Of a DNA stretch of 64,000 nucleotides, positions 48,343 to 59,979 are shown piece by piece (position 1 is the stretch's first letter; each line of letters opens with the position of its first letter). The stretch comes from Gemmatimonadales bacterium (lineage in GTDB: Bacteria > Gemmatimonadota > Gemmatimonadetes > Gemmatimonadales > GWC2-71-9), in assembly GCA_037189525.1 (NCBI GenBank), contig JBBCJC010000003.1, forward strand, positions 535,609 to 599,608, written 5' to 3'. A program made the position numbers and the translations under genes. The notes under the pieces were generated by a model, which saw only the letters and a list, made by a program, of their open reading frames with translations, had not been told where the DNA came from and searched no databases.

Positions 48343-50424
48343 GTGCATCGTATCGAAACGACTTTTGCCGGGCGGCCGTTGCTGCTCGAAACCGGCCGTC
48401 TGGCCAAACAGGCCGCGGGCTCCGTGCTGGCGCAGTTCGGAGAAACCGTCGTGTTGGCCTCCGTGACGGTGAGCAGCCGCGAATCGTCGCTGCCGTTTTT
48501 TCCGCTGACCGTCGAGTATCGCGAGAAGAGCTACGCAGCTGGCAAGATCCCCGGCGGCTTCCTCAAGCGCGAAGGCCGTCCGAGCGACGACGAGATTCTG
48601 GCGGCGCGCATCATCGACCGCTCGATTCGTCCGCTCTTTCCCGAAGGCTTCAAGAACGAAGTCCAGGTCTTCGTGACGGTCGTCTCGGCCGATCAGGAGC
48701 ACGGCGCCGATGTGCTTGGTGCGCTGGCGGCGTCGGCGGCGCTGGCCATCTCGCCGGTGCCGTTCAACGGACCGATCGCGACGGTACGGGTCGGCCGGGT
48801 CGAAGGCAAGTGGATTCTGAACCCGACCTTCCACCAGCTCGAGTTCTCCGATCTCGACGTGACGGTGAGCGGGAACGGTGAGTCGATCGGCATGGTCGAG
48901 GGCGGTTCGGCCGAAGTGTCCGAAAGCGATGTGATCGAAGCGCTCAAGGTCGCCCAGAAGGGGATCCGCGAGCTGCGTGGCCACATCGAGACGCTGGTGG
49001 CCAAGGAGGGCAAGCCCAAGATGACGTGGACCCGCGCGGAGCCGGACGCGGTGCTCGTCAAGCGGGTGCGCGAGCTGGCCGAGAAGGACATGGCCAAGGC
49101 GATCAACCACAAGGACAAGGCGGGCCGGGCCGGTCAGGTGCGGGCCATTCGCGACGCGGCGGCCGCCGTGCTTGCCGTCGAGTTCCCGGACAAGATCAAG
49201 GACGCCGACGCCGAGCTCGACGAGATCGAGTACCGGGTCATGCGCGGCCAGGTGCTCGACAAGGGCGAGCGGATCGACGGGCGCGATCTCGAGACGGTTC
49301 GTCCGATCTCGATCGAAGCCGGCATCCTGCCGCGCACCCACGGCTCCGCGCTCTTTACCCGCGGCGAAACGCAGGCGCTGGTGGCGGTGACGCTGGGCAC
49401 CTCGGACGACGAGCAGCGGATCGACTCGATCAACGTGGCGGGTGAGTCGACCAAGTCGTTCATGCTGCACTACAACTTCCCGCCGTACTCGACCGGTGAA
49501 GTGCGTCCGATCCGCGGCACCAGCCGTCGTGAAGTGGGCCATGGTGCGCTGGCCGAGCGGGCGTTGCAGGCGGTGCTGCCGGGCTTCGATGCTTTCCCGT
49601 ACACGCTGCGGGTGGTGTCCGAGATCCTCGAGTCCAACGGCTCGTCCTCGATGGCGACGGTCTGCGGCGGCTCGCTGGCGCTGATGGATGCGGGCGTCCC
49701 GATCAAGGCGCCGTGCGCAGGTGTCGCGATGGGGTTGATCACCGACGGCAAGCGGGTGGCGGTGCTCACCGACATCCTCGGCACCGAGGATCACCTGGGC
49801 GACATGGACTTCAAGGTGGCCGGAACGGAACAGGGCATCACCTCGATCCAGATGGACATCAAGATCTCGGGTCTGAGCCTCGAGATCATGACCGATGCGC
49901 TGGAGCGGGCCCGTCGCGGCCGGCTGCACATCCTGGGCGAGATGAAGAAGGCGCTTGCTGCGCCGCGTCCGGAGCTGTCGAAGTACGCGCCCCGGATCTT
50001 CACGATGATGATCAAGCCGGACAAGATCGGCGACGTTATCGGTCCCAAGGGCAAGACCATCCGGGGCATCCAGGATGCCACGGGCGCCAAGATCTCGATC
50101 GAGGATTCGGGTCTCGTCACCATCGCCGCCGTCGGTGGCGAAGCGGGCGACAAGGCGCGCGAGATGGTGTCGGCGCTGGTGGCGGAGCCCGAGGTCGGCA
50201 AGGTCTACGAAGGCCCGGTCAAGAGCACGACGGCGTTCGGCGCCTTCGTGGAAATCATGCCCGGCGTCGAAGGCTTGCTGCACATCAGCGAACTGCAGCA
50301 TGGCCGGACCGAGAAGACCGAAGACGTGGTCAAGAAGGGCGACATCGTGCGAGTCCAGCTCCTCGAGGTGGATGATCGGGGCCGCATGAAGTTGTCGCGG
50401 AAAGCGCTCCTGCCCAAGGAGTGA
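48343..50424 (+). CDS. pnp: Polyribonucleotide nucleotidyltransferase (start GTG 48343 or ATG 48328)
   Basis: FFPLTVEY, RTHGSALFTRGETQ, SNGSSSMA, DMDFKVAG; KH and S1 domains. Confidence 0.98.
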   Translation: MHRIETTFAGRPLLLETGRLAKQAAGSVLAQFGETVVLASVTVSSRESSLPFFPLTVEYREKSYAAGKIPGGFLKREGRPSDDEILAARIIDRSIRPLFPEGFKNEVQVFVTVVSADQEHGADVLGALAASAALAISPVPFNGPIATVRVGRVEGKWILNPTFHQLEFSDLDVTVSGNGESIGMVEGGSAEVSESDVIEALKVAQKGIRELRGHIETLVAKEGKPKMTWTRAEPDAVLVKRVRELAEKDMAKAINHKDKAGRAGQVRAIRDAAAAVLAVEFPDKIKDADAELDEIEYRVMRGQVLDKGERIDGRDLETVRPISIEAGILPRTHGSALFTRGETQALVAVTLGTSDDEQRIDSINVAGESTKSFMLHYNFPPYSTGEVRPIRGTSRREVGHGALAERALQAVLPGFDAFPYTLRVVSEILESNGSSSMATVCGGSLALMDAGVPIKAPCAGVAMGLITDGKRVAVLTDILGTEDHLGDMDFKVAGTEQGITSIQMDIKISGLSLEIMTDALERARRGRLHILGEMKKALAAPRPELSKYAPRIFTMMIKPDKIGDVIGPKGKTIRGIQDATGAKISIEDSGLVTIAAVGGEAGDKAREMVSALVAEPEVGKVYEGPVKSTTAFGAFVEIMPGVEGLLHISELQHGRTEKTEDVVKKGDIVRVQLLEVDDRGRMKLSRKALLPKE

Positions 50425-51677
50425 CCGTGGCTCGGGAGCAACTCGACGAGCGGCTCTACCAGACCACCGCACCGAACGGCCTCGTGGTGCTCACCGAGCA
50501 CTTGCCGGGGCTCCGATCCGTGGCGGCAGGCATCTGGTTCCGCTCGGCGAGTGGTCACGAGCGGCGCGAGCAGATGGGGATTGCCCATCTGCTCGAGCAC
50601 ATGGTGTTCAAAGGGACCGAGCGGCGGACGGCCAAGGAATTGGCCCATGCGCTCGAAGTGCGCGGCGGCGGCCTCGACGCGTACACCAGCCGAGATCATA
50701 CCAGCTTTCAAGCGCATGTCCTCGACCAGGACCTTCCACTTGCCGTGGAGGTTCTGAGCGATCTGGTGCGCCGTCCGCTCCTGCGGGCGGAGGATCTCGA
50801 ACTCGAGCGCAACGTCGTGCTCGAGGAGATCAAGGGCGTCGAGGATACCCCGGACGACCTGGTCTTCGATCTGGCCTCCGCGGCGCTCTGGCCGTCGCAT
50901 CCGTACGGTTACTCGATTCTGGGCACGCCGGACACCGTGAGCGCGCTGTCGGCGGCCGATCTGGCGGCCTTCCATCGCGCGGCGTACCATCCGCGAAACG
51001 CGGTCATCGCCGCAGCGGGCAACGTCGACCATGATCAGTTGCTGGATCACCTGGCCGCCGAAGGGTGGTTCGAGACTTCGCTCGATGGCGAGCGGACCCC
51101 TCCGGTGGTACCGGCTCCCGCGCGCCGCGGCGACAACGCGATGGTGCCGCGGGAGACCGCGCAGGCGCACCTGGTCCTGGGGACCGATACCTTCGCGTCG
51201 CGCGATCCGCGGCGCTACGCGCTGGCCATTCTGATCAATCTGCTGGGTGGCGGGATGTCGAGCCGGCTGTTCCAGCGGGTGCGGGAACAACTGGGCCTGG
51301 CGTACGCGATCTATGCGTATCAGCAGGCCTACCGGTCGACTGGCTTGCTGGGCATCTACGTGGCGACCCAACCCGCCGCGGCGCTGCGCGCCCGGGAGGC
51401 GATTGCGGTCGAGCTCGAACAGCTGGCAGCTGGGGGCTTGAGTGACACGGAGCTGGCCGACGGTAAACGGCAGTTGCAGGGCCAGCTGATGCTGGCATTG
51501 GAAAACCCGTCGAGCCGGATGCACCGGCTGGCGGGTTTCGTGCTCAATGACGATCGATACCGTAAATTGGACGAAGTCCTGGCGGCTATCGACGCAGTGA
51601 GCCGGGAGGACGCGCTCGCGGTTGCCGGAGAGTTTCTGGCGCCGGAGCGGATGACCGTAGTACAGTTGGGCGGCTGA
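50421..51677 (+). CDS. M16 family zinc peptidase
   Basis: HLLEH (HxxEH) followed by MVFKGT; [15 protein letters not shown]; usual position after pnp. Confidence 0.93.
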   Translation: MTVAREQLDERLYQTTAPNGLVVLTEHLPGLRSVAAGIWFRSASGHERREQMGIAHLLEHMVFKGTERRTAKELAHALEVRGGGLDAYTSRDHTSFQAHVLDQDLPLAVEVLSDLVRRPLLRAEDLELERNVVLEEIKGVEDTPDDLVFDLASAALWPSHPYGYSILGTPDTVSALSAADLAAFHRAAYHPRNAVIAAAGNVDHDQLLDHLAAEGWFETSLDGERTPPVVPAPARRGDNAMVPRETAQAHLVLGTDTFASRDPRRYALAILINLLGGGMSSRLFQRVREQLGLAYAIYAYQQAYRSTGLLGIYVATQPAAALRAREAIAVELEQLAAGGLSDTELADGKRQLQGQLMLALENPSSRMHRLAGFVLNDDRYRKLDEVLAAIDAVSREDALAVAGEFLAPERMTVVQLGG

Positions 51678-51732
51678 AGGTTCCGGCCGCTCCGGACGTA
51701 AACCAACTTTGTCGCAACAGGTGGAGACGGGC

Positions 51733-52845
51733 ATGATCATCGGCGTACCGAAGGAGATCAAGACCAATGAGAATCGGATCGCATTGGTCCCGGCTGGTGC
51801 GGAGCTACTGACGGAGACGGGTAATACGGTCTACATCGAGAAGGGGGCCGGGCTGGGGAGCGGCTTCACCGATGAGGACTATGTGGGCGCCGGCGCGAAG
51901 ATCCTCGACACCGCGGACGAGGTCTGGGCCAAGGCCGACATGATCATGAAGGTCAAGGAGCCGATCGCGGTCGAGTGGCCGCGGATGCGCGCCGGACAGG
52001 TCATCTACACCTACTTCCATTTTGCGGCGTCGGAAGAACTGACCCGGGCCGTGATTGCCTCTGGCGCGATTGCGATTGCATACGAGACCGTGCAGTTACC
52101 GACCGGCGAGTTGCCGCTGCTCACGCCGATGTCCGAAGTGGCAGGCCGGATGGCGGTGCAGGAGGGGGCCAAGTACCTGGAGAAGGTCTACGGCGGCCGC
52201 GGTGTGCTGCTGGGTGGCGTGCCCGGTGTGCCGCCGGCAGACGTGATCATTCTGGGCGGTGGCGTGGTCGGCATCAATGCGGCCAAGATGGCGGCCGGCA
52301 TGGGCGCCAATGTCACCATCATGGACCTGTCGCTCGATCGGTTGCGCTACCTCGACGACGTGCTGCCCGCTAACGTCACCACCCTCTATTCCAACCGCTA
52401 CAACATCCTCGGCGCGATTCAGCGGGCCGATCTGGTGGTGGGTGCCGTGCTCTTGCCGGGTGCCAAGGCGCCGCGTCTGATCCGGCGTGAAGACCTCAAG
52501 ACGATGAAGCCGGGCGCGGTAGTGGTCGACGTTGCGGTCGACCAGGGCGGCTGTGTCGAAACGATCAAGCCGACCACGCACGAAGATCCGATCTACTTCG
52601 TCGACGGTGTGCTGCATTACGCCGTGGCCAACATGCCGGGCGGCGTGCCGCGGACTTCGACGCTGGCGCTGACCAATGCCACGCTGCCGTATGCCATTCC
52701 GCTGGCCAAGCTGGGCTGGCAGGAAGCCTGCCGCCGCGATCGCGCGCTGCAGCTCGGCCTCAACGTGGTCGAGGGCAAGGTGGTTTATCCCGGCGTCGCG
52801 GAGGCCTTCGGCCTGCCGCTGGTCGACGTCGGCGCGGTGTTGTAG
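51733..52845 (+). CDS. ald: Alanine dehydrogenase
   Basis: [42 protein letters not shown]. Confidence 0.96.
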   Translation: MIIGVPKEIKTNENRIALVPAGAELLTETGNTVYIEKGAGLGSGFTDEDYVGAGAKILDTADEVWAKADMIMKVKEPIAVEWPRMRAGQVIYTYFHFAASEELTRAVIASGAIAIAYETVQLPTGELPLLTPMSEVAGRMAVQEGAKYLEKVYGGRGVLLGGVPGVPPADVIILGGGVVGINAAKMAAGMGANVTIMDLSLDRLRYLDDVLPANVTTLYSNRYNILGAIQRADLVVGAVLLPGAKAPRLIRREDLKTMKPGAVVVDVAVDQGGCVETIKPTTHEDPIYFVDGVLHYAVANMPGGVPRTSTLALTNATLPYAIPLAKLGWQEACRRDRALQLGLNVVEGKVVYPGVAEAFGLPLVDVGAVL

Positions 52846-52948
52846 TATGCCGACCTGCCGGACGCACCGAGGGATGGTGCGTCCGGCCGGTCGATGCATT
52901 ACAGGTCGTTCCCCCCTCGGTCAATCCGCTTCCTCCGCATCGACGACC

Positions 52949-53386
52949 ATGACGATTGTTCAGATTCAGCGACTCCCCCACGGTGCGGAGCTGCCGGTGC
53001 CAGCTCTGCAGACGGCAGGCTCGGCAGGTGCGGATATCGCGTCGGCCGACGAGGGCACTCTGGCCCCTGGCGAGCGGCGGATTTTCCGGACCGGTTTTGC
53101 GGTGGCGATTCCCACCGGGTTCGAAATCCAGCTCCGGCCGCGGTCCGGCCTTGCGGTCAAGCACGGCATCACCCTTCCCAACAGTCCGGCCACCATCGAT
53201 TCGGACTACCGCGGCGAACTCATGGTCGGCCTGGTCAATCTGGGCCAGGAGGCGTTTCAGGTGACCCGCGGTATGCGGATTGCCCAATTGGTACTCGGGC
53301 GAGTCGAACCGGTGCAATTCGAACTGGTTGATTCGTTACCAGCGACGTCGCGGGGTGAGGGCGGCTTCGGGAGCACCGGCCTATAA
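52949..53386 (+). CDS. dut: dUTP diphosphatase
   Basis: AGAD, RPRSGLA, TIDSDYRGE, RIAQ, RGEGGFGSTG. Confidence 0.96.
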   Translation: MTIVQIQRLPHGAELPVPALQTAGSAGADIASADEGTLAPGERRIFRTGFAVAIPTGFEIQLRPRSGLAVKHGITLPNSPATIDSDYRGELMVGLVNLGQEAFQVTRGMRIAQLVLGRVEPVQFELVDSLPATSRGEGGFGSTGL

Positions 53387-53522
53387 ATAGTTCGCCGTTC
53401 CATTGTTAAACGCCTCGCTCGGGCCCGGAGGGGCGGGGCGGAGTTGGGTCGGCTGGTGCAGCCTTGTCGAAGTTCTTGCCGGACATTAACTTGCGCATCG
53501 GCCGGGGGGCGTCAGCTATCTC

Positions 53523-54557
53523 ATGAAGTTTCCGTTCAAATTCAAGTCACTCATACCCGCGAACGAGATCGCCGTCGATCTCGGCACGGCTAACACGTTG
53601 GTTTACGTCAAGGGCGAGGGGATCGTCCTCAACGAGCCATCGGTGGTGGCCATCGACCGGGGCAGCGGGGAACCCAAGGCGTTCGGGCTCGATGCCAAAC
53701 GGATGCTCGGGCGGACCCCCGAAGGGATCATCGCGGTCCGGCCGCTCAAGGACGGCGTGATCGCCGATTTCGAGCGGACCGAGAAGATGCTCCGGCATTT
53801 CCTCAGGACCATCATTTCGAAGCATTTCTTCCACGTCAAACCGATGGTGGTCGTCGCGGTCCCCTCCGGAATTACCGAGGTGGAACGCCGGGCCGTGCGT
53901 GACTCGGCCGAGACGGCGGGCGCCAAGGCGGTGTTCATGGTGGCGGAGCCGATGGCGGCTGCCATCGGAGTGGGGCTTCCGGTCGAAACCCCGACCGGCA
54001 ACATGGTCATCGATATCGGCGGCGGCACGACCGAAATCGCCGTGATCGCGCTGTCCGGCATCGTCTGCGACACCTCGATCCGCACCGGCGGTGATGAGCT
54101 GGACCAGGCGATCGTCCAGTTCATGCGGAAGAACTACAACCTGCTGGTCGGTGAGCCGACCGCCGAAGCGATCAAGATCAAGATCGGGTCGGCCTACCCG
54201 ACGGGGGACGAGCGGGAGATGGAGGTCAAGGGCCGCGACTTGGTCTCGGGGATCCCGAAAACGGTTCGGGTGCACTCGACCGAGGTGCGGGAGGCGGTCC
54301 AGGAACCGATTCAGCAGATCGTCGACGCGGTTCGCCGGGCTTTGGAGATCACCCCGCCTGAGCTCGCGGCCGACATCGTCGACCGGGGCATCGTGATGAC
54401 GGGTGGTGGCGCGCTGATTCGCGGGCTCGATCTTCTTTTGCAGCAGGAAACCGGTCTCCCGATTCACGTCGATGAGGACCCCCTGACGTGCGTCGTCCGC
54501 GGTACCGGTCGCATTCTCGACGAGTACGACAAGTATCGGAATGTCCTGACGAGGTGA
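53523..54557 (+). CDS. mreB: Rod shape-determining protein MreB
   Basis: [34 protein letters not shown]. Confidence 0.97.
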   Translation: MKFPFKFKSLIPANEIAVDLGTANTLVYVKGEGIVLNEPSVVAIDRGSGEPKAFGLDAKRMLGRTPEGIIAVRPLKDGVIADFERTEKMLRHFLRTIISKHFFHVKPMVVVAVPSGITEVERRAVRDSAETAGAKAVFMVAEPMAAAIGVGLPVETPTGNMVIDIGGGTTEIAVIALSGIVCDTSIRTGGDELDQAIVQFMRKNYNLLVGEPTAEAIKIKIGSAYPTGDEREMEVKGRDLVSGIPKTVRVHSTEVREAVQEPIQQIVDAVRRALEITPPELAADIVDRGIVMTGGGALIRGLDLLLQQETGLPIHVDEDPLTCVVRGTGRILDEYDKYRNVLTR

Positions 54558-54558
54558 C

Positions 54559-55401
54559 ATGAGGCCGAGCCTGGGCCGGTCGCTGTCCCGGAGCGATACG
54601 TTCCTTCTCGCGGTGTGCCTGGTCCTGTCGCTCACCGCGCTGGCCTTGCCGTCGCGCTGGACCCAGGCGTTTGCTTCCTCGGTTCGATCGACCGCCCTCG
54701 CCCCGCTCCTCTGGATTCAGACCAACGCCGAAGAGCAGCGCACCAGCCGGCTCCGGCTGCGCGCCATTGCCGAGGCTCGTGATTCGGCCGCGCTCGCGGC
54801 GCAGTCGCTGGCGGCGCTTTCGGCGGAGAACCAGCAGCTTCGCGCTCTGCTCGACCTCCGGCCCAAGGTGGGCTACCAGACGGTTGCCGCGGAGGTGCTC
54901 AGGCAGTCGCTGCCCACCGACGGCAGGACCTTGCTGATCGGGGCGGGGCAGTCGGCGGGCATCGCGGTCGGCGACCCGGTGGTCTCTCCCGAAGGCTTGA
55001 TCGGTCTCGTGATCAGCGTGGACGTCGCGTCCTCGGTGGCGATGTCCTGGGCGCATCCGGATTTCGCGGTCGCCGCGGCTACGGAAGACGGGAGTGTCAT
55101 GGGCATCGCGGCACCGATCAGTAATGTGGGGGCCAACGAGGCCTTTCTCGAGCTGCGCGGCGTGCCCTATCGCGATACCGTCGCGGTCGGTACGCAGGTT
55201 TTGACGTCCGGTCTGACCGGGGTCTATCCCAAGGGCATCCCGATCGGTCGTGTCACCGGCGTTCGCCGCGAAGAGTTGGGGTGGGAGCGGATCTATCGTC
55301 TCAATCCGCTGGCCAATCCGGCCCACGTGACGCACGTGCTGGTCTACCTGATTCGCAGCAGCAATCGATTGTCCATCGGCGAGGCCGATTCGAATCCATG
55401 A
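54559..55401 (+). CDS. mreC: Rod shape-determining protein MreC
   Basis: TM segment, ENQQLRALL, GLIG, TSGLTGVYPKGIPIG. Confidence 0.93.
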   Translation: MRPSLGRSLSRSDTFLLAVCLVLSLTALALPSRWTQAFASSVRSTALAPLLWIQTNAEEQRTSRLRLRAIAEARDSAALAAQSLAALSAENQQLRALLDLRPKVGYQTVAAEVLRQSLPTDGRTLLIGAGQSAGIAVGDPVVSPEGLIGLVISVDVASSVAMSWAHPDFAVAAATEDGSVMGIAAPISNVGANEAFLELRGVPYRDTVAVGTQVLTSGLTGVYPKGIPIGRVTGVRREELGWERIYRLNPLANPAHVTHVLVYLIRSSNRLSIGEADSNP

Positions 55402-55892
55402 CGACGAGCCGGCGGGCCCAGCGATGGCGGGTCGGGGTCGTGATCGCGATCCTGGTAGCTGCGCATTTCTACGTCCGCCCCTGGTTCGGGCGGGCCGGGC
55501 CGGATCTGGTCATGCTCGCGCTGATGCTGGTCGCGATCCGGAGCCGGCCGGGGACGGCCGCCGTCGTCGGGTTCGTGGTTGGTCTCACGGCGGATATCCT
55601 CACCCCGGCGCGCTTCGGCGCCGGCGCGCTGGCGCACACCATCGTCGGGTACCTGGCGGCCTGGGGTCGCGCGGTATTTTTCCCGGACAATCTGCTGGTC
55701 AACGCCGGCCTGTTTGCCGCTGGCCTTTGGGTCCGAAACCTGATTGTATTGATCACCAGTTCGGCGACGCCCGGTGACCTGGCGGAATCGCTCCTGATCT
55801 GGTCGCCGATCCAGGCGTTGTCAACGGCCGTGGCGGGGGTGATCGTCGTGGTGATGTTCCGGGAATGGCTGGCCATCCGGCTGGAAGAATGA
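55398..55892 (+). CDS. mreD: Rod shape-determining protein MreD
   Basis: Hydrophobic; PDL, GFVVGLTAD; between mreC and mrdA. Confidence 0.88.
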   Translation: MTTSRRAQRWRVGVVIAILVAAHFYVRPWFGRAGPDLVMLALMLVAIRSRPGTAAVVGFVVGLTADILTPARFGAGALAHTIVGYLAAWGRAVFFPDNLLVNAGLFAAGLWVRNLIVLITSSATPGDLAESLLIWSPIQALSTAVAGVIVVVMFREWLAIRLEE

Positions 55893-57760
55893 GCAGCGCG
55901 TTCAATCCTTTCCGGGTTCGTGAGCGGAGCGCCATTGCGACCTGGGTGCTTGCCGTGGTGTTCCTGCTGCTGATCGGAGCGTTCTTTCGTGCTCAGGTAC
56001 TGAGCAGCGAGGACTTTCGCCGGCAGTCGGCCAACAATCGCCTCCGCCGGCTGACGCTGGCTTCCCCGCGTGGCATCATTTTCGACCGCCACGGAGTTCC
56101 GATCGCCGAGAATGCGCCGGGGTACACGGTACGCCTGGTGGCGCGGACCGGATCGGGGCAGAGCCCGAAGGACTCGCTGCGCGCCGTCGTTCGGCGGATC
56201 GGCAAGTTGGTACCGATCAGCGAGGATCTGGAGGCGCAGGTGGTCCGCCGGTACGAGATTGCCCCGTTCCAGCCGGCGCTGGTCTTTGCCAATGCGAGTC
56301 TCGAGACGGTGGCGGTGCTCGAGGAGCATCGCTATCTGCTGCCCGGCCTGGTGGTGCGCACCGAGCCGCGCCGATCGTATCCGGGCGGGTCGGCGGTGGC
56401 GCATCTGATCGGATATGTCACCGAGGTCTCCGACGACGACCTCGAGAAGAAACGGTATCCCGGCGCCAAAGCGGGCACGCTGGTCGGCAAAGACGGGCTC
56501 GAGTCTCGCTACGATTCAATCGTGCGGGGCCTCGAAGGTGTCAGTTTCGTCGAGGTCGATGCCCGGGGCCGCATGGTGCGCGACGAGAGCCAGTCGCCGG
56601 CGCTCAAACCCGTAGCGGGCGAGCCGATCAAGACGACCATCGATCTCGGTCTCCAACTCTATACCGACAGTCTCTGGAACGCGGACTACGCAGGTAAGCG
56701 CGGCGGGGCGATCGCGATGATGCCCAACGGCGAGGTCCTGGCGCTCTACTCAGCGCCCACGTTCGATCCGAATGAATTCATCAGCGGGGTGTCGCCGCGC
56801 CGCTGGGGCGAACTCAATACCGACGAAGCGCGCCCGCTCCTCAACCGGGCCGTGCGCGGCTCGTTCCCGCCCGGCTCACCGTTCAAGCTGGTGACGGCCG
56901 CAGTGGCGCTCAAGCGGGGGCTGGTTGACTTCGATTCGCACATGCCGCAGTCGTGCACCGGCGGCCTGCGCTTCGGGAATCGGGTCTTCCACTGCTGGAA
57001 GCGCAGCGGACACGGCTCGCTCGATCTGACCGGGGCGATTGCCAACAGCTGCAACGTCTACTTCTATCAGCTGGGCCTCAAGATCGGCCTCGACAATCTC
57101 CTGAACGAAGTGACGGCAATGGGGCTCGGTCGCCCGACCGGCATCGATCTGGGCTCCGAACGCAGTTCCATTTTCCCGCCGTCGACCGCCTACTACGACC
57201 GGCAGTACGGGTCGCGGGGCTGGAGCAACGCCGTCACCCTCAATCTGTCGATCGGGCAGGGGGAGAACGCCCAGACGCTGCTCAGCCAGGTGCGCTTCTA
57301 CGCAGCGATGGCCGGCGACGGCGTCATCCCTACGCCGTACATCGTCAAGCCGCCCACCGATGCCCAGCGCTCACTGGGTCTCTCGCCGGAACAGCTGCGT
57401 GGCTTGCGGAGCGCGATGCAGGCGGTGGTGGACCGGGGCACGGCGGCACGAAGCGGCGGGCGCGACATCCGGGTGGCCGGGAAGACGGGTACGGCACAGA
57501 ATCCCCACGGCGCGGATCACGGCTGGTTCGTTGCCTTCGCTCCGGCGGACGACCCCAAGATCGTGGTGGGCGCCATCATGGAGTTTGCCTTGCACGGTAC
57601 GGTCGTGGCACCGTTCGTCGTCAAGGTGATTCGCCGCTATCTCGAAAGCCTCGATCCGTCGCTCGCGAAAGTAGACGTCCGGATCATGCTCCAGCCCGAC
57701 TCCGCAACCACGGAGTCGGACCTGCCGGACGACTCGACCGGGCAGATTCGGGAGCCCTAG
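55889..57760 (+). CDS. mrdA: Penicillin-binding protein 2
   Basis: RGIIFDR, PGSPFK (SxxK), SCN, KTGT. Confidence 0.95.
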   Translation: MSSAFNPFRVRERSAIATWVLAVVFLLLIGAFFRAQVLSSEDFRRQSANNRLRRLTLASPRGIIFDRHGVPIAENAPGYTVRLVARTGSGQSPKDSLRAVVRRIGKLVPISEDLEAQVVRRYEIAPFQPALVFANASLETVAVLEEHRYLLPGLVVRTEPRRSYPGGSAVAHLIGYVTEVSDDDLEKKRYPGAKAGTLVGKDGLESRYDSIVRGLEGVSFVEVDARGRMVRDESQSPALKPVAGEPIKTTIDLGLQLYTDSLWNADYAGKRGGAIAMMPNGEVLALYSAPTFDPNEFISGVSPRRWGELNTDEARPLLNRAVRGSFPPGSPFKLVTAAVALKRGLVDFDSHMPQSCTGGLRFGNRVFHCWKRSGHGSLDLTGAIANSCNVYFYQLGLKIGLDNLLNEVTAMGLGRPTGIDLGSERSSIFPPSTAYYDRQYGSRGWSNAVTLNLSIGQGENAQTLLSQVRFYAAMAGDGVIPTPYIVKPPTDAQRSLGLSPEQLRGLRSAMQAVVDRGTAARSGGRDIRVAGKTGTAQNPHGADHGWFVAFAPADDPKIVVGAIMEFALHGTVVAPFVVKVIRRYLESLDPSLAKVDVRIMLQPDSATTESDLPDDSTGQIREP

Positions 57761-58999
57761 ATGCGGACCACGCTCGATCGTCCGCTCCTGATTACGCTGT
57801 TCCTGCTCTGCGGGTACGGCCTCGCCATGGTGTACTCGGCGGGGCAGACCGATGTGCCGTCGTTTGCGGAGCGAGCGTGGATTCGGCAGGCGGGCTGGAT
57901 GGTCGTAGCGGTGATTGCCGCGTCGCTGTCGTTCCGGGTTTCGTTTCGGCTGCTCGAGTGGAGCGCGCCGCTCCTCTACGGGCTGGGTCTGGTGCTGCTG
58001 GTCGTCACCCTCCTGGTCGGAACCGGCGCCGGTACCGCAGCAAGCAGCAAGAGCTGGCTGGCCATCGGCGGGGTGCGCATCGGGCAACCGGTCGAACTCG
58101 CCAAGCTGGGCACCGTGCTCCTCCTGGCGCGCTATCTGTCCGGTCTCCGCCATGCGCCGGCGACCCTGCGCGACCTGGTCACCCCCGGACTGATTGCCGG
58201 CGTGCCGTTTTTGCTGGTGCTCCGCCAGCCCGATCTGGGCAGCGCCATGGTTTTCATCGGCATCCTCTTTACGATGCTGTTCTGGGGCGGGGTGCGTCCG
58301 TCGCTGCTGCTGTTGCTGGCCTCGCCGATGGTGAGCCTGCTGCTCGCGGCCAATACGGCCTGGTGGGCCGGCTGGATCGTCCTCCTCACGGTACTGCTGC
58401 TGGTTTGGCGCACCTATGTGAGCGAGGGGGTCTTCATCTGGCTCGTCAACGCCGCGATGGGCGTGCTGGCCATCATGCTGTGGGATCGCCTCAAGCCGCA
58501 CCAGCAGCAACGTCTGGTCTCGTTTCTCAATCCCGCGGCCGACCCCGTCAACTCGGGCTACCAGGCGATTCAGTCCAAGGTGGCAATCGGATCTGGCGGA
58601 TGGTTCGGTAACGGCTGGCTCGAAGGACCGCAGAAGCGGCTGGCTTTTCTTCCGGAGCAACCGACCGACTTCATCTTCTCGGTCGTGGGGGAGGAAATGG
58701 GCTTCATCGGCGTGCTGGTGGCCCTGGCGTTGTTTTTTACCCTGTTCCTGATTCTGATTCGGGTGGCCCGCCGAGCGACCGACACATTCAGCAGCCTCGT
58801 CGTCTTCGGGGTGCTGGGAATGCTCTTTACCCACGTGTTCGAAAACGTGGGGATGACGATCAATCTGATGCCGATCACCGGTATTCCGCTGCCCTTCTTT
58901 TCGTACGGCGGCTCCTTCGTCCTGGCGTGCGGGCTGTCCATGGGGCTCGTTTTTCGGGTGGCGTGGGATGCCCGCTCCAGTGGCTATGTTGAGACATAG
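57761..58999 (+). CDS. rodA: Rod shape-determining protein RodA
   Basis: QPVELAK, QPDLGSA, PEQPTDFIF, PITGIPLPFFSYGGS. Confidence 0.95.
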   Translation: MRTTLDRPLLITLFLLCGYGLAMVYSAGQTDVPSFAERAWIRQAGWMVVAVIAASLSFRVSFRLLEWSAPLLYGLGLVLLVVTLLVGTGAGTAASSKSWLAIGGVRIGQPVELAKLGTVLLLARYLSGLRHAPATLRDLVTPGLIAGVPFLLVLRQPDLGSAMVFIGILFTMLFWGGVRPSLLLLLASPMVSLLLAANTAWWAGWIVLLTVLLLVWRTYVSEGVFIWLVNAAMGVLAIMLWDRLKPHQQQRLVSFLNPAADPVNSGYQAIQSKVAIGSGGWFGNGWLEGPQKRLAFLPEQPTDFIFSVVGEEMGFIGVLVALALFFTLFLILIRVARRATDTFSSLVVFGVLGMLFTHVFENVGMTINLMPITGIPLPFFSYGGSFVLACGLSMGLVFRVAWDARSSGYVET

Positions 59000-59103
59000 C
59001 AACAGGTTATCTGTCAAGGTCTGGCGCGAACCGACCCCGGCCGCCAGATTCCACCGCTCGATTTCATTTGTGGAGATGATCTTCTTGCGACCCGACGGCA
59101 GCG

Positions 59104-59979
59104 ATGGCCTGGTTTAGAAAAGAACGAAAGCCGCGGGCGTCTCAGCGCGCCCGGCTCGAGATCCCGAAAGACGCATGGGACAAGTGCGAGGCGTGCGATC
59201 ACGTCGACATTCGGGAACGGTTCGAGCGGGCGCTCAACGTGTGCCCGGCTTGCGGCCACCATCGTCGGTTCACGGCCGAGGAGTATATCGAGCTGCTGAC
59301 CGACGCGGGCACCTGGCGTGAGTTGAACACCAATCTCCGCGCGCTCGATCCGCTGTCGTTCGAGCACTATCCGGATCGGACCAAGCTGGCCCAGGCCAAG
59401 ACCGGCCAGCTCGATGCGATGTACACCGGCCTGGCGCGTCTCGAATCGATTCCGATCCATCTCGGCGTGATGAACTTTGCCTTCATGGGCGGCTCGATGG
59501 GGTCGGTGGTCGGCGAGCGGATTGCCCGCCTGGCGCGTCGGTCGGCCGACAAAGGTGTCCCCCTCATTCTGGTCTGCTGCTCCGGCGGCGCCCGGATGCA
59601 GGAGGGGGTTTTCTCGCTGATGCAGATGGCCAAGACGTCGACCGCCATCGCGGAAGTGAAACGCGAAGGCGTGCCGTTCCTGACCCTGCTGACCAACCCG
59701 ACCACGGGCGGCGTCTCGGCGAGTTACGCCATGCAGGGCGATGTGATCCTGGCCGAGCCGGGCGCCGTGATCGGGTTTGCGGGACAACGCGTCATCAAAC
59801 AGACCATCGGTCAGGATCTTCCCGAAGGATTTCAGACGGCGGAGTTCCTGCTGGAGCATGGTCAGATCGACGACGTGGTCCCTCGCGGCTCCCTCCGTGA
59901 GACGATCACCCGGCTCTTCCGCCACATGCTGGGACACAAGGCCGAAGCGCAAGCCGGAGGGCCGAGGGCCGACGGGTGA
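59104..59979 (+). CDS. accD: Acetyl-CoA carboxylase carboxyltransferase beta subunit
   Basis: Zinc finger CxxC...CxxC, FMGGSMG, SGGARMQE, PTTGGV, FQTAEFL. Confidence 0.96.
   Translation: MAWFRKERKPRASQRARLEIPKDAWDKCEACDHVDIRERFERALNVCPACGHHRRFTAEEYIELLTDAGTWRELNTNLRALDPLSFEHYPDRTKLAQAKTGQLDAMYTGLARLESIPIHLGVMNFAFMGGSMGSVVGERIARLARRSADKGVPLILVCCSGGARMQEGVFSLMQMAKTSTAIAEVKREGVPFLTLLTNPTTGGVSASYAMQGDVILAEPGAVIGFAGQRVIKQTIGQDLPEGFQTAEFLLEHGQIDDVVPRGSLRETITRLFRHMLGHKAEAQAGGPRADG

Noticed and set aside
48322-50472. Long antisense ORFs (opposite pnp, and also opposite dxs, rpsA, pccB and hisS/proS)
   Set aside because: These are shadow ORFs expected from high-GC codon bias; they carry no recognisable motifs.
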